Origin: Spirochaetia bacterium
GTDB lineage: Bacteria > Spirochaetota > Spirochaetia > SZUA-6 > Bin103
Length of the DNA stretch: 64,000 nt
Reading direction: 5' to 3'
Assembly: GCA_965208575.1 (NCBI GenBank)
Contig: CBDBOV010000001.1
Coordinates: 192,001-256,000 of the forward strand
Below the pieces are notes generated by a model. It saw nothing but the letters and a program-made list of their open reading frames with translations, did no database searches and was not told the DNA's origin. Position 1 is the first letter of the stretch, and every line of letters starts with the position of its first letter. A program made the position numbers and the translations under genes. Positions 1 through 10,467 of this stretch are shown here, one piece after another.

Positions 1-2
1 AC

Positions 3-3000
3 CGGCTGGTCACCGTCACCGGCAGCCCCACCGTGGAACTGACCGTCGGAACCCAGGCCAGGCAGGCGGCCCTGACTTCCACCAAGGTGGGCGTGCGCGG
101 ACTCGGCTTCGATTACACGGTGCAGGCACAGGACGCGGATGGCGACGGGATCAGCATCGCGGCCAACGCGATCCGCCTGAACGGCGCCACCATCAAGGCC
201 ACCGACGGCACCACCGACGCCGTGCTCACCCACGCCGCGGTGCCTGCCGACTCCAGCCGCAGGGTCGGCGACGGTGCCGCGCCGCCGCCCGCCACCAGCG
301 CCCCGGCGGTGAGCAGCGTCCACTTCGGTTCCACGCCCGCGGGCGGCGGCACCTATCAGCGGGGCGAGACCGTGGACGTGCGGGTGCAGTTCACGCAGCG
401 CGTGTCGGCCACCGGCAGCCCGCGGATCGCGTTGAGCGTCGGCAGCGCCACCCGGTCCGCGCGCTACTACGGCAACCACTACGGGCGCACGCTGTCGTTC
501 CGCTACACGGTGCAGGCCGCCGACCGCGACGGCGACGGCATCAGCATCGCGGCCAACGCCCTCACCCTGAACGGCGGCAGCATCACGTCGAACGACGGCA
601 CGGCCAATGCGGTGTTGACCCACGCCGCGGTGGCGGCCGCCGGCGGGCACAAGGTCAACGGCAGCGAAGTCACCGCGCCGGGGGTGACCGGCGTGTCGAT
701 CTCTTCGCGCCCGCGCGGCGGCACCACCTACGTGCTCGGCGAGGCGATCGTGGTGCAGGTCGGGTTCAGCGAGGCGGTCACGGTAACCGGTTCGCCGCGC
801 CTGGCACTGAGCGTCGGCAGCGCCACCCGGAGCGCCGGTTTCGTGCGCTCGAGCGGCAGCACCCTGTGGTTCCGCTACCGGGTGCAGGACACCGACCGCG
901 ACGACGACGGCATAGGCATCGCGGACGGCGCGTTGAGCCTGAACGGCGGCACCATCCGGGACCGCGAGCGCAACGCCGCGCGCCTCGGGCTCGGCAGCCA
1001 CGCGGTCGTGAACGCTTCGGGCCACCTGGTCGACGCGAGCCTGCGCGATACCACCCCGCCGTCGGTCAGCAGCGTCGCCGTCACCTCCACGCCGCAGAAG
1101 GGCGGCACCTACGTGTTCGGAGAAACGGTCACCGTCGAGCTGCGGTTCAGCGAGCCGGTGACGGTGTCCGGTTCGCCGCGGCTCGCGCTGGCGGTGGGCG
1201 GCTCCGGGCGTACCGCGACGTACGCGTCCTCCCGGCTGCAGGTGGTGCGCTTTCACTACGTGGTCGGCGACGGCGACCGGGGCGCCCTGAGCGTCGCGGC
1301 CGGCGCGCTGAATCTGAACGGCGGCACCATTCGGGACGCGGCCGACAACGCCGCCGTGCTCGGTCTGGGAAGCGCGGCCGGCGCGCTGGGCGCAACCGTG
1401 AACGGCGTGCGCAAGGATGAAGATGCGCCGGTGGTACACAGCGTGCAGTTCGAGTCCACCCCGCCCGGCGGCGACACCTACGAGCGCGGCGACATCGTGC
1501 AGGTCGCGGCAGGGTTCTCGGAGGCGGTGACCGTCACCGGGCAGCCGCGCCTGGCGCTGGCGGTGGGCAGCACGGTGCGCTGGGCCGGGTTCCACTCCGC
1601 CGCGGGCAGCCAGGTGCACTTCCGCTACACGGTGCAGGAGGAAGACAACGACCCCGACGGCGTGGAAGTGGCGGCGGCCGGCCTGCTCCTGAACGGCGGC
1701 ACCATCACGGACGCCGCCGGCAACTCCGCCGACCTGAGCCTGGGAGCCGCCTCGATCGGTTCGGGCCACGCGGTGTACGGCGGCGCGGCGCAGGCAACGG
1801 TGCCGACGCGCGCCGCGGTCACCTCCGCACCGAGCAGCGGCGACACCTACACCCGCGGCGAGAGCGTCGACGTGGAGGTGGAGTTCAACAAGGAGGTGAC
1901 GGTGACCGGGCGCCCGGTGCTGGAGCTGACCATCGGCTCCGATCCGACCTCCACCACGGCGGCGAGCGGGCGCGCTGCGGCGGCGGCGCGGGAGCGCGTG
2001 TCGAGCGCGGTGAAGCGCACGGCGACGCTGGTGTCGAGCGCTGGCGAACGGCTGGTGTTCCGCTACGTGGTGCGGCAGTCGGACGGTGCGGCGGGCGCCA
2101 GGATCATCATCGCGCCGGACGCGCTCGGGCGTAGCGCCGGCAGCATTACCGACGCCATCGGCGAGCGTCTCGACCGCGCCAACCTGTCGCTGGACACGGC
2201 GGAAGTGGTGCACGGCGACCTCGTGGACGGCTCGCAGAGCGCACCGGCGGCGCCGCGCCTGGTCACGGTGGCATCCGCCCCGCAGGCCGACCGCACCTAC
2301 CGGCGCGGCGAGCACCTGCTGGTGGACGTGCAGTTCGACCGCGGCATCACGGTGTCGGGCGCTCCGCACGGCCCACAACTTGAGCTGGGCATCGACAACG
2401 CCGCCGGTGCCGCCCGCCGCGCGCGCTTCGTGTCGGCGGACCACGACACCATCCGCTTCCGCTACGACATCCAGGCCGGCGACCGCGACGACGACGGCAT
2501 CGAGATCGCCTCCGGCGCGCTGCACCTGAACGGCGGGTCGATCCGGGCCGCCGGCGGCGGGACGGCGGAAACCAGCCTGCAGCAGGCGCAGATCGTCGTG
2601 CCGGCCGACCGGGTGGACGGCAGCACGACCGAGACCACGCAGCCGGTGGTGACTTCGGTGGCGGTCGTGTCCGCGCCGGCCGGCGGCAGCTACCGGAGCG
2701 GGGAGCGGGTGTCGGTGCAGGTGACCTTCAGCGAGCCGGTGGCGGTGACCGGCCGCCCGCAGTTGGCGCTGCGCATCGGTGCCGCGGCCCGGATGGCGGG
2801 CATGGCGGGCGGCACGCGGCAGGCGACGGAAGTGATCACGTTCACCTACACGGTGCGCGCAGGGGACGCGGGCAGCGAGGGCATCACCATTCCGGCGAAC
2901 GCCGTGCGCCTGAACGGCGGCACGATTCGCGACGCGGCCGGCAACGACGCCGACCTGAGCAGCAGCGCCGTGCTGCCGGCGACCGCACGGGCAGCCGAGG

Positions 3001-5171
3001 GCGCGCAGATCGGCTGCAAGCCACCGCCGCTGTCCGCCGGCTCCGGGCTGGCGGCGGCCCGCGCCGGCGCCCGGGTGCGCACCGCGGCGGCGGGCGGCGG
3101 GCCGGCGGCCGAGAGCCCCGGCTCCGACCTGACCCTGGAGCTGGACGAGCACCGCGACGGCAGCGCGCAGCCGGTGGAGCTCGGCTGCGTGGCGGTGTCC
3201 GCCGGCTCCGACTCCGGCCGGCGCTTCACGTACGCGATCGCCGAGGGCGACCGCTCGCGGTTCGCGGTGGGCGCCGCCGACGGGAAGCTGCGCTACGTCG
3301 GCACCGGCGAGGACGCCGCCGTCACCGCGCAGTACGCGCTCACCGTGACCGCGACGCCCGCCGACCGCGGCGCGGCGACCGAGCTGTCGGTACGAATCGT
3401 GATCGTCCGCATCGACGACCGCGGCGTGGTTACCCTGTCCACCCGGCAGCCGCTGATCGGGCAGCCCCTGACCGCCGCGCTGGCCGACCATGACCGCGTG
3501 CAGCCGGGCAGCGCAGCGTGGCAGTGGTGGCGGCGCAGCGGAGAGAGCGGCCGCTGGCGCGCCATCGAGGGGGCCACCGCGAGCAGCTACACGCCGGCGC
3601 CGCACGACGGCGGCCACCGCCTGCAGGCGCGCGTGGCGTACCGTGATGCCTACGGGGCGCAGACCGCGGCGAGCGCGCAGACCGATGCGGTGGACCTGCA
3701 GCCGGCACGCCGCGAGCGCATGCTGCAGGCCAGTCTGGCCGGCCTCGGACGCACCATCGCTTCGACCGCGGTGGACGTGATCGGCGAGCGCTTCTCGGCG
3801 GCGATGCGCGGCGGCGAGCCGGATGCCGCCAGCGTGGAGGTGACCGTGAACGGCCGGTCGCTGGCACTGCCGGCTGCCGGCAGCACGGCACAGGCCGGCG
3901 CGGCGCTGGTGGACGCAGCCGAGGCGCTCGGCGTGCGCGTGCAGGCGGACGGATCGCTGGCCGTGGATGCACAGCCGCTGCCGCACCTCCTCGCGGGCAG
4001 CGCCTTCAGTGCCGGCGATGGCCCGCGCGGCGCCGGCTGGGGCGCCTGGGGCTCAGGCGACATGAGCGGCTTCAACGCCGACGTCGACGGCTTCGAGCAG
4101 GAGGCCACCGTGGTGGCGGGCTACGTGGGCGTCGACTACCGCTTCGCGCCGAACGCCCTGGCCGGACTGGCCGCCGCCTACAGCGACCTGGAACTCACCT
4201 CGGCCAGCAACGACGACGGCGAGGCCACGCTGGAAGGGTGGCTGGCGCACGTCTATCCGTACGGCCTGTGGATGCCGGAGCGGTGGCTGGGGATCTGGAG
4301 CGTGGCCGGGTTCGGCGTCGGCACCGTGGACCTGGCCGACGCCGGCGGGGCGATGCGGGGCGGCGTGCTCACCTGGCTCGGCGCCGCCGGCAAGCGCGCC
4401 GAGTTGTGGTCCGCGGGCGCGCTGTCGGTGGCCGCCAGGTCGGACGGCCTGGTGACCGGCCTCACCACCGGCGGGGAGTTGCCGGAGGTGAGCGCCCACG
4501 CCTGGCGCGCGCGGGTGCTGGTGGAAGCCGCCGTGGCGTGGCAGATGGACGATTACCGGATCGACGGACTGGTCGAGGTGGGCGGACGCCTGGACGGCGG
4601 CGACGCCGACCGCGGCCTCGGCGCCGAGGCCGGCGCGGAGCTGAGCTTCACCGACAGCGCCAGCGGGCTCGGCCTCTCCGGTCGCGGGCGGCTGCTGCTG
4701 GTGCACGAGGCAGCCGGCCTGCGCGACTGGGGCGCGGGCATGACGCTGACCTGGCAGCCGACCGGCCGCGGTACGGGTCTGGCCGTGTCCGTGGCACCCA
4801 CCTGGGGCACGCCCGCCGGCGCGGCGAACGCCTTGTGGCGCGACGGCGCGTTGGTGATGGCGCCCGCCGCGGCAGACGGCGCCGCACCCGCGCCCGGCGC
4901 CGCTCCGTGGCTGCCGTGGCTGCCGGCAGCGGTAGACCTGGAGGTTGCCTACGGCGTGCGCGTGGCAGACGGCCGGGGCCGGATGGGGCCGTTCGCCGAG
5001 CTGGCCCTGCAGGATGCCGTCCCCCGCCGCATCCGCACCGGCGTGACGCTGGATCTCTCCGGCCCGGCGACGGCGCATCACCTGGCAATCGAAGCGTATG
5101 GCGAGCACGCGTTCGGCCGCGGTGACCCGGCGCCCCTGCAGTTCGGCGTCGGCGGCTCCCTGGAGTACTGA
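3..5171 (+). CDS. Large repetitive surface adhesin / autotransporter (5' partial): at least 8 Ig-like repeats, a cadherin-like domain, a further Ig-like domain and a C-terminal beta-barrel
   Basis: ORF open from the window start. Repeated ~120-aa unit (P.V.SV...S.P..G.TY..GE...V.V.F...V.V.G.P.L.L.VG...F.Y.V...D.D.DGI.I...AL.LNGG.I). Cadherin-like segment (LELDEHRDG..FTYAI..FAV..DGKLRY). Amphipathic strands ending GVGGSLEY. Confidence 0.85.
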   Translation, partial: RLVTVTGSPTVELTVGTQARQAALTSTKVGVRGLGFDYTVQAQDADGDGISIAANAIRLNGATIKATDGTTDAVLTHAAVPADSSRRVGDGAAPPPATSAPAVSSVHFGSTPAGGGTYQRGETVDVRVQFTQRVSATGSPRIALSVGSATRSARYYGNHYGRTLSFRYTVQAADRDGDGISIAANALTLNGGSITSNDGTANAVLTHAAVAAAGGHKVNGSEVTAPGVTGVSISSRPRGGTTYVLGEAIVVQVGFSEAVTVTGSPRLALSVGSATRSAGFVRSSGSTLWFRYRVQDTDRDDDGIGIADGALSLNGGTIRDRERNAARLGLGSHAVVNASGHLVDASLRDTTPPSVSSVAVTSTPQKGGTYVFGETVTVELRFSEPVTVSGSPRLALAVGGSGRTATYASSRLQVVRFHYVVGDGDRGALSVAAGALNLNGGTIRDAADNAAVLGLGSAAGALGATVNGVRKDEDAPVVHSVQFESTPPGGDTYERGDIVQVAAGFSEAVTVTGQPRLALAVGSTVRWAGFHSAAGSQVHFRYTVQEEDNDPDGVEVAAAGLLLNGGTITDAAGNSADLSLGAASIGSGHAVYGGAAQATVPTRAAVTSAPSSGDTYTRGESVDVEVEFNKEVTVTGRPVLELTIGSDPTSTTAASGRAAAAARERVSSAVKRTATLVSSAGERLVFRYVVRQSDGAAGARIIIAPDALGRSAGSITDAIGERLDRANLSLDTAEVVHGDLVDGSQSAPAAPRLVTVASAPQADRTYRRGEHLLVDVQFDRGITVSGAPHGPQLELGIDNAAGAARRARFVSADHDTIRFRYDIQAGDRDDDGIEIASGALHLNGGSIRAAGGGTAETSLQQAQIVVPADRVDGSTTETTQPVVTSVAVVSAPAGGSYRSGERVSVQVTFSEPVAVTGRPQLALRIGAAARMAGMAGGTRQATEVITFTYTVRAGDAGSEGITIPANAVRLNGGTIRDAAGNDADLSSSAVLPATARAAEGAQIGCKPPPLSAGSGLAAARAGARVRTAAAGGGPAAESPGSDLTLELDEHRDGSAQPVELGCVAVSAGSDSGRRFTYAIAEGDRSRFAVGAADGKLRYVGTGEDAAVTAQYALTVTATPADRGAATELSVRIVIVRIDDRGVVTLSTRQPLIGQPLTAALADHDRVQPGSAAWQWWRRSGESGRWRAIEGATASSYTPAPHDGGHRLQARVAYRDAYGAQTAASAQTDAVDLQPARRERMLQASLAGLGRTIASTAVDVIGERFSAAMRGGEPDAASVEVTVNGRSLALPAAGSTAQAGAALVDAAEALGVRVQADGSLAVDAQPLPHLLAGSAFSAGDGPRGAGWGAWGSGDMSGFNADVDGFEQEATVVAGYVGVDYRFAPNALAGLAAAYSDLELTSASNDDGEATLEGWLAHVYPYGLWMPERWLGIWSVAGFGVGTVDLADAGGAMRGGVLTWLGAAGKRAELWSAGALSVAARSDGLVTGLTTGGELPEVSAHAWRARVLVEAAVAWQMDDYRIDGLVEVGGRLDGGDADRGLGAEAGAELSFTDSASGLGLSGRGRLLLVHEAAGLRDWGAGMTLTWQPTGRGTGLAVSVAPTWGTPAGAANALWRDGALVMAPAAADGAAPAPGAAPWLPWLPAAVDLEVAYGVRVADGRGRMGPFAELALQDAVPRRIRTGVTLDLSGPATAHHLAIEAYGEHAFGRGDPAPLQFGVGGSLEY

Positions 5172-5173
5172 CG

Positions 5174-5238
5174 ATGAGCCGGTACGGTCACTCCGCGACA
5201 TGGAAGACGATGAAAACCGATGACCAAGCATCGCCCAC
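5174..5238 (+). repeat. Dispersed ~65-bp promoter/leader cassette, copy A
   Basis: atgagccggtacggtcactccgcgacatggaagacgatgaaaaccgatgaccaagcatcgcc; similar to 7306-7368 and 45550-45613. Confidence 0.85.
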
Positions 5239-6190
5239 CGGCCGGCCGTTTCGGACGAGCACTGCGGCGAGACACCCGTTACACGCCACGTCGGCGGCAC
5301 GCCGGAACCGGCGAGCCGGCAGGCCGAGGCGCGGGCTCGCCAGACACTGGCGCGCCAACGTGGCCGGTTGGGCATGCGCGCTCGCCCTCGCGGCCCTGGC
5401 CGCCTGCGAGGAGGCGGCGCCTGGCGACGGCGCCCCCGGCGACAGCGGGCGCCCCGCGCAACGGGAGGCGGGAGACAGGTTCCGTGACTGTTCGGGGTGC
5501 CCGGAGGTGGTGGTGGTGCCGGCTGGCAGCTTCCGGATCGGCTCCCCGGCGGGCGAGGCGGGCCGCGACGGCGACGAGAGCCAGCGGCGCGTGACCATCC
5601 GGGACGCGTTCGCCGTCGGCGTGCGCGAGGTGACCTTCGCCGAGTGGGACGCGTGCGTGTCCGCGGGCGGCTGCGGCGGCTACCGTCCCCGCGACGGCGG
5701 CTGGGGCCGCGGCCGCCAGCCGGTGATCAACGTGAGCTGGGACGACGCCCAGTCCTACGTGGCGTGGCTGTCGCGCAAAACCGGGGCCGAGTACCGCCTG
5801 CTCACCGAGGCCGAGTGGGAGTACGCCGCCCGCGCCCGCACCACCACGCCGTTCCACACCGGCGCCACCATCGCCACCGCGCAGGCGAACTACGACGGCC
5901 GCGCCGAACCCTACGGCCCCGGCGTGCCGGGCCAGTACCGCGCCCGCCCCATCGCCGCCGGCTCGCTGGCCCGCAACCGCTTCGGCCTCTACGACGTGCA
6001 CGGCAACGTGGCCGAGATGGTGGCCGACTGCTACGACCCCGGCGGCAGCGGCAGCGCCTGCACCCGCCGCGTCGTCCGCGGCGGTTCCTGGGCATCCGCC
6101 CCCCGCCTGCTCCGTTCCGCCTACCGAAGCTGGTGCGCCCCCACCCTCCGCTCCCCCCAAACCGGCTTCCGCATCGCCCGCAACCTGTAG
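5210..6190 (+). CDS. FGE-sulfatase domain (SUMF1/EgtB/PvdO family) lipoprotein
   Basis: Motifs FRDC..CPE.V.VPAGSF.IGS, EVTFAEW, PVINVSW.DA..Y..WLS, RL.TEAEWEYAARA, N.FGLYD.HGNV.E, RVVRGGSW, GFRIAR. Lipobox LAAC. Start placed at MKTD, the start conserved in the repeat cassette. Confidence 0.9.
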   Translation: MKTDDQASPTGRPFRTSTAARHPLHATSAARRNRRAGRPRRGLARHWRANVAGWACALALAALAACEEAAPGDGAPGDSGRPAQREAGDRFRDCSGCPEVVVVPAGSFRIGSPAGEAGRDGDESQRRVTIRDAFAVGVREVTFAEWDACVSAGGCGGYRPRDGGWGRGRQPVINVSWDDAQSYVAWLSRKTGAEYRLLTEAEWEYAARARTTTPFHTGATIATAQANYDGRAEPYGPGVPGQYRARPIAAGSLARNRFGLYDVHGNVAEMVADCYDPGGSGSACTRRVVRGGSWASAPRLLRSAYRSWCAPTLRSPQTGFRIARNL

Positions 6191-6254
6191 CCGGAGGTAG
6201 CCGGAGTCAGTTGGCACCGACTTCTGCAAGCGGCCAGTGGCGTAGTCGTCTCAG

Positions 6255-6283
6255 TTGACAAGCATCAACCGTGGGGTTAGGTT
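6255..6283 (+). promoter_or_regulatory. Sigma70-type promoter (TTGACA-17-TAGGTT), 6 nt before an ATG
   Basis: Consensus -35, 17-bp spacer, -10-like hexamer. Confidence 0.65.
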
Positions 6284-6289
6284 CTCAGG

Positions 6290-6738
6290 ATGGAGCTTGG
6301 CTTGATCCTGGCCGGGGTGGCGGCGCTCGCTTCGATTGTTGCTGCCTGGACAGGAGTGAAAATCTTACCGCCTTCAGAAGGCAGAGGCTGAGCGGATCAA
6401 GCGGCTCACGGAGATTCGGGCGGAAATAGGAAAGCGTGATGGCAGGCAGCGACACTAACCTCGTTCTTGTATTGGCAGACTCTGACGGGATGGAGATTGC
6501 CCGCCGGCTACTCCGGCTCGCCAGCACCACCAAGGTACATGGCCCCGAGCTCTCGGAGAAGGTCGACGAAGTAGTCGAGTCGGTCCTCAAGGCGACGGTT
6601 GCTCAACAGGTGGATGTGCTTTCCACGCAGGAACTCCTTTCTGTCTATAGGGACCGCGCCGCCAAGGTGGCGCGCGAGGCCCTATCCCTCGCCGTTGGAT
6701 CGGTAGAGCAGGTAGGGGTGCCAGCCAGGTCCCGGTGA
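6290..6738 (+). pseudogene. N-terminally membrane-anchored hypothetical protein, split by two apparent +1 frameshifts
   Basis: MELGLILAGVAALASIVAAWTGVK. Removing one A from the runs at ~6359-6362 and ~6431-6433 gives a continuous frame (KSYRLQKAEAERIKRLTEIRAEIG-SVMAGSDTNLV...) into ORF 6436-6738. Confidence 0.55.
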
Positions 6739-6753
6739 CCGTTCAACCCGGCG

Positions 6754-7004
6754 TCAAGTGCCTGCTAGTCCCTGCCGTCCGGCATGGACGGACACGGATG
6801 CATCGGCCTTGAGGTAGGCCACCGCCCCATAGATGCGCCCGGCGAATTCCGGCATCAGTTCCGCAAACGTCGGCGACCGGGCCGCCCCTCACCGAGCCGC
6901 TGCACCACTCGGATCGTTTCTCTCCGGCTCTCCGCTACCTCGCGCACGATGTTCCAGATCTCCTCCGGCGTCGCCGGGTCCCGGTGTCCGTCCTGGTCAG
7001 CCAT
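6754..7004 (-). pseudogene. Internally deleted DUF3782-like / PD-(D/E)XK-associated protein remnant
   Basis: N-terminus MADQDGHRDPATPEEIWNIVREVAE joined out of frame to C-terminal FAELMPEFAGRIYGAVAYLKAD...RQGL, recalled as typical of this family. Confidence 0.5.
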
Positions 7005-7305
7005 GCCGCAACTCGATCCTCCGACTGTACGCACCGCGCGCTCCCGGCGGCAATCTTCATTGACGGACGGAGACGCGCCGCTCCACGAGGTCGCCATCCA
7101 TGCGCCCGATTGGGTGCTGGTCGACGGGTGGGCTTGATAAAGGCAGCGGGAGCGGGTTATACCTTCGATACATTGCGAGCGCCGGGCACCGCGAAGTGTG
7201 TAAAATGAGGATATCGAGCGGCGCCTGGTGCAGGTGCAGGGGGTTCCGTGGGTGAGTTTGATTACGAAGGCCGAGTTGGCGAAGCTGACCAGGCATGTTT
7301 CGACT

Positions 7306-7368
7306 GGAGGCCGCACGGTCACTCCATGACAGGGAAGACGATGAAAACCGATGCGCGGGAGTCGCCGG
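7306..7368 (+). repeat. Dispersed promoter/leader cassette, copy B (heads a 44-codon stub 7341-7475 upstream of the P450)
   Basis: gcacggtcactccatgacagggaagacgatgaaaaccgatg...gtcgcc. Confidence 0.8.
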
Positions 7369-7515
7369 CTGGCCGCAGCCGGCACGCCTCACCGCTCACC
7401 GCCGGAGCAGGCGCGCGCACCGGCTCGGGCCGCTGGTCCCCGGCGGCACTGACGTGGATGGCGAGAGCCGCGTGAGACCCTCGGTGCCGGGCCAGGTTCG
7501 CCGGAGTGTGCCGCC

Positions 7516-8787
7516 ATGGAGTTGATCGCGAAGGCGGTCGAGCGATTCGTCGTGCCGGTGGTCGTGCGCATGCGCCTGGCTCGCGAGCTGCGCGAATCAG
7601 GCGTCGCCTACGACCTCACCTCGGACGAGGTGCGCACCGACCCGTACGCGACCTACCGCCGGCTGCGAAGCGTCGATCCCGTGCACCGCATGCGGCTGGT
7701 CGACGCCTGGGCCCTGACCCGCTACCACGACGTGGAGGCGGTGCTGCGCGACCACAAGCGGTTCGCCAACGCCGGCCGCATCCTGGTGGAAACCATTCCG
7801 CTGAGCCTGCTCGACACCGACCCGCCGGCGCACACCCGGCTGCGGCTGCTGGTCTCCAAGGCGTTCACGCCGAGAGCCGTGGCCAAGCTCGGCGCGCGCA
7901 TCCAGCAGCTCGCCGACGAACTGCTCGACGCGGTAGCCGGCAAGGAACGGTTCGATCTCATCGCCGCCCTCGGCTACCCGCTCCCGATCACCATCATCGC
8001 CGAGATGCTCGGCGTCCGGCCGCGCGACATGGACCGGTTCGAGCAATGGTCGCATGCGCTCGCGCTCAGCGTCGATCCGATGCTCGGCCGCGACCAGGTA
8101 AGCGCCATCGAGCACGCGCAACAGGAGGCGTACGCCTACTTCGAGACCATCATCGCCGACCGCCGCCGGCAGCCGCGCGACGACCTGGTGACCGCGCTGA
8201 TCGCGGCGGAGGAGGAGGGCGACCGCCTGTCCCACGACGAGCTGCTGTCGGTGATGCTGCTGATCCTGGTGGCCGGCAACGAGACCACCCGCAACCTGAT
8301 CGGAAACGGCATGCTCGCCCTGCTGCGCAACCCCGATCAACTGCAGCTCCTCAGGGAGCATCCGGAACTGCTCGATTCGGCCGTCGACGAGCTGCTGCGC
8401 TACGACAGCCCGGTGCAGCTCAACGGCCGCGCGGCGCTCGAAGACGTGGAACTCGGCGGCAAGCTGATCCGTGCCGGGGAGGTGGTGATCTCCCTCGTGG
8501 GCGCCGCCAACCGCGATCCGGAGGTGTTCGCCAACCCGGATCTGCTCGACATCGGCCGCAGCGAGAAGAGCCACCTCTCCTTCGGCCGCGGCATCCACTA
8601 CTGCCTCGGTGCACCGCTCGCGCTGCTGGAGGCGCGCATCGCCTTCGCCAGCATGCTGAAACGCTTCACCTCGGTCCGGCTCGCCCTCGAGCCGCGCCAC
8701 CAGCAGGGCGTGGTGCTCCGCGGCGTCGAGCAACTGTGGATCGAGGTATCACGCCCCGGCGCGAGCGATCGGTCGCCGGCACGTTGA
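7516..8787 (+). CDS. Cytochrome P450
   Basis: DPPAHTRLR, AGNETT (I-helix), ELLRYDSPVQ (ExxR), heme motif FGRGIHYCLG. Confidence 0.97.
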   Translation: MELIAKAVERFVVPVVVRMRLARELRESGVAYDLTSDEVRTDPYATYRRLRSVDPVHRMRLVDAWALTRYHDVEAVLRDHKRFANAGRILVETIPLSLLDTDPPAHTRLRLLVSKAFTPRAVAKLGARIQQLADELLDAVAGKERFDLIAALGYPLPITIIAEMLGVRPRDMDRFEQWSHALALSVDPMLGRDQVSAIEHAQQEAYAYFETIIADRRRQPRDDLVTALIAAEEEGDRLSHDELLSVMLLILVAGNETTRNLIGNGMLALLRNPDQLQLLREHPELLDSAVDELLRYDSPVQLNGRAALEDVELGGKLIRAGEVVISLVGAANRDPEVFANPDLLDIGRSEKSHLSFGRGIHYCLGAPLALLEARIAFASMLKRFTSVRLALEPRHQQGVVLRGVEQLWIEVSRPGASDRSPAR

Positions 8788-8992
8788 TCCGGCCCAGCTC
8801 CGTTGGACGCCGCCTCGCGCCCGACAGTGACCCAACCGTGAATCTTTCGCTCGATACCGTTTTTTCTTTGTGAACACAGGTTGACAGGTAGACAAGGAGT
8901 GCCGAAATGTCAGGGAAACACGACCGCCCAGGGTCCGTCCGGTGCGCGGTGATTGGTCGGTACTTGAAACACGGGTGATGGAGGATCGAGTG

Positions 8993-9478
8993 ATGAAGCA
9001 CGTCCGAAGTTTCGCGGAGTTGGCCCTCGCCGTCACGGCGGTGCTGCTGGTCGCCGCCTGCGGCAGTGGCCCCGGGAAGGCCGACCCGCTGCCAGCGTGG
9101 TCACCCCCGTCCTGGATGCACGGCTCGTGGTCGGGCACCGGAGGAGGAGGCCCTGATGGTGCCATTCCGGTCACCGCGACCGTAGAGGCGTCCGCCCGCA
9201 ACCTGGTGGCAAGTTTCCAGGCCGGCGGCCAAACTCACGGCTTGGACTTGGCGATGCTTACCGAACAAGGCGCGGCGTCCATTCAACCTATTCCCAGCGA
9301 ATCGGACGGAAACGTGCGGCTATACAGCATATTGATCACCCCGAAGGCCGAGGCACCCGCCTTCTCATTCATGTGCGGCGAAGAAAGCTCCACCACGATG
9401 AGTTGCACCTGGATTGAAATGACGCCGCCGGACACGGAGGGGACGCCCCTCGGCACCGTCATCTTGAAGAAGCAGTGA
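8993..9478 (+). CDS. Hypothetical lipoprotein
   Basis: Signal peptide MKHVRSFAELALAVTAVLLVAAC; GGAGG RBS; TTGACA at 8881. Confidence 0.75.
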   Translation: MKHVRSFAELALAVTAVLLVAACGSGPGKADPLPAWSPPSWMHGSWSGTGGGGPDGAIPVTATVEASARNLVASFQAGGQTHGLDLAMLTEQGAASIQPIPSESDGNVRLYSILITPKAEAPAFSFMCGEESSTTMSCTWIEMTPPDTEGTPLGTVILKKQ

Positions 9479-9685
9479 CGAAGCAGCCCGGATAGCAACG
9501 GCCGCCGCCGCGTGTCGGGGCGGCGCTGCCGAACGAGACCGGGGCATGCCCGCGCGTGACGGAGTCCCGCGCTACGCGTGCCGCCGGCGCATCCTCACCC
9601 GCGGCAGCGGCAACGGACGCCGGAGGGGCGCCGGTCCACCCGCGCAGACCGGCGCCCCCATCCTCCGGCCGCCGTCAGCCTCCCG

Positions 9686-10189
9686 TCATTTCCCGCCGCG
9701 CCGGTTGGCGTAGTAGAAACTGGTGGCCGCCGTTACCAGCGTCACCACCGGCGCGACGATGACGCCGAATTTCTCAACGTCCTCGACCGCGACCACGCCG
9801 AACCCCACCATCGCGAGCAGTGAGAACAGCATGACAGCCAGGATCATGACCAGGTGGTAGGCGAGTCGCCGGCGCGCCGCGTCTTCCTGCGGCCGCGGAT
9901 CGTAGCTCGCGTCGCCCTCCGGCGTCCGAGCGTCCTGCGTCCCCGCCTGCGGCAAGCCGCCTGCCGCCGCAACCGCAGAGCCGCCCGCCGGCCTGCCCGC
10001 GGGAACGCCTCCTGCCGGACCGCTGCCGGCAGTCCGCACCCCGGCACGCCGGGACGAATCCCCGTCCCCTTGCCGCCGGCGGTTCAGGTACGCGCGCAAC
10101 ATCCTATCGCGCGCGGCATGCAACACCGCCACCGACAACGCTGTCGTCGACACGAAAACGGACAGATGCGTCAAATCGACGTTCATCAT
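9686..10189 (-). CDS. Hypothetical membrane protein (about 3 hydrophobic segments)
   Basis: GAGGAGG RBS; hydrophobic helices at the N-terminus and two near the C-terminus. Confidence 0.65.
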   Translation of the reverse strand: MMNVDLTHLSVFVSTTALSVAVLHAARDRMLRAYLNRRRQGDGDSSRRAGVRTAGSGPAGGVPAGRPAGGSAVAAAGGLPQAGTQDARTPEGDASYDPRPQEDAARRRLAYHLVMILAVMLFSLLAMVGFGVVAVEDVEKFGVIVAPVVTLVTAATSFYYANRRGGK

Positions 10190-10377
10190 CCCCTCCTCGC
10201 GAGCCGCCCCAGGTATCGGAAGAGGCGCTGCGTATACTCTCTATAACTGCGTACAGTCCGTGCCGCTTCAAACGGCACGCAATCTATCGACGTGACGGGC
10301 CAAAAAAGTGCCCGGCCGCTGCCGCCGGCACAGAAATTGCCTTGACGCCGTTGCACCTTGCGACAGTCGGAGAACGG

Positions 10378-10405
10378 TGAACCCGTGAGTGCTGAGGCAA
10401 TCGCC
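10378..10405 (+). repeat. 28-bp direct repeat copy 1 (27/28 identical to 15353-15380)
   Basis: tgaacccgtgagtgctgaggcaatcgcc vs tgaacccgtgagtgttgaggcaatcgcc. Confidence 0.85.
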
Positions 10406-10467
10406 CGGCACAACTCCCTGTGAGTCGGCCTTGGGTACGCTCGTCACAAAGTGCCGATGGGGGCTCT

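Noticed and set aside
5210-6200. FGE/C-type-lectin-fold gene as a diversity-generating retroelement target
   Set aside because: No reverse transcriptase and no template repeat matching its 3' end were found in this window. A remote DGR cannot be excluded.
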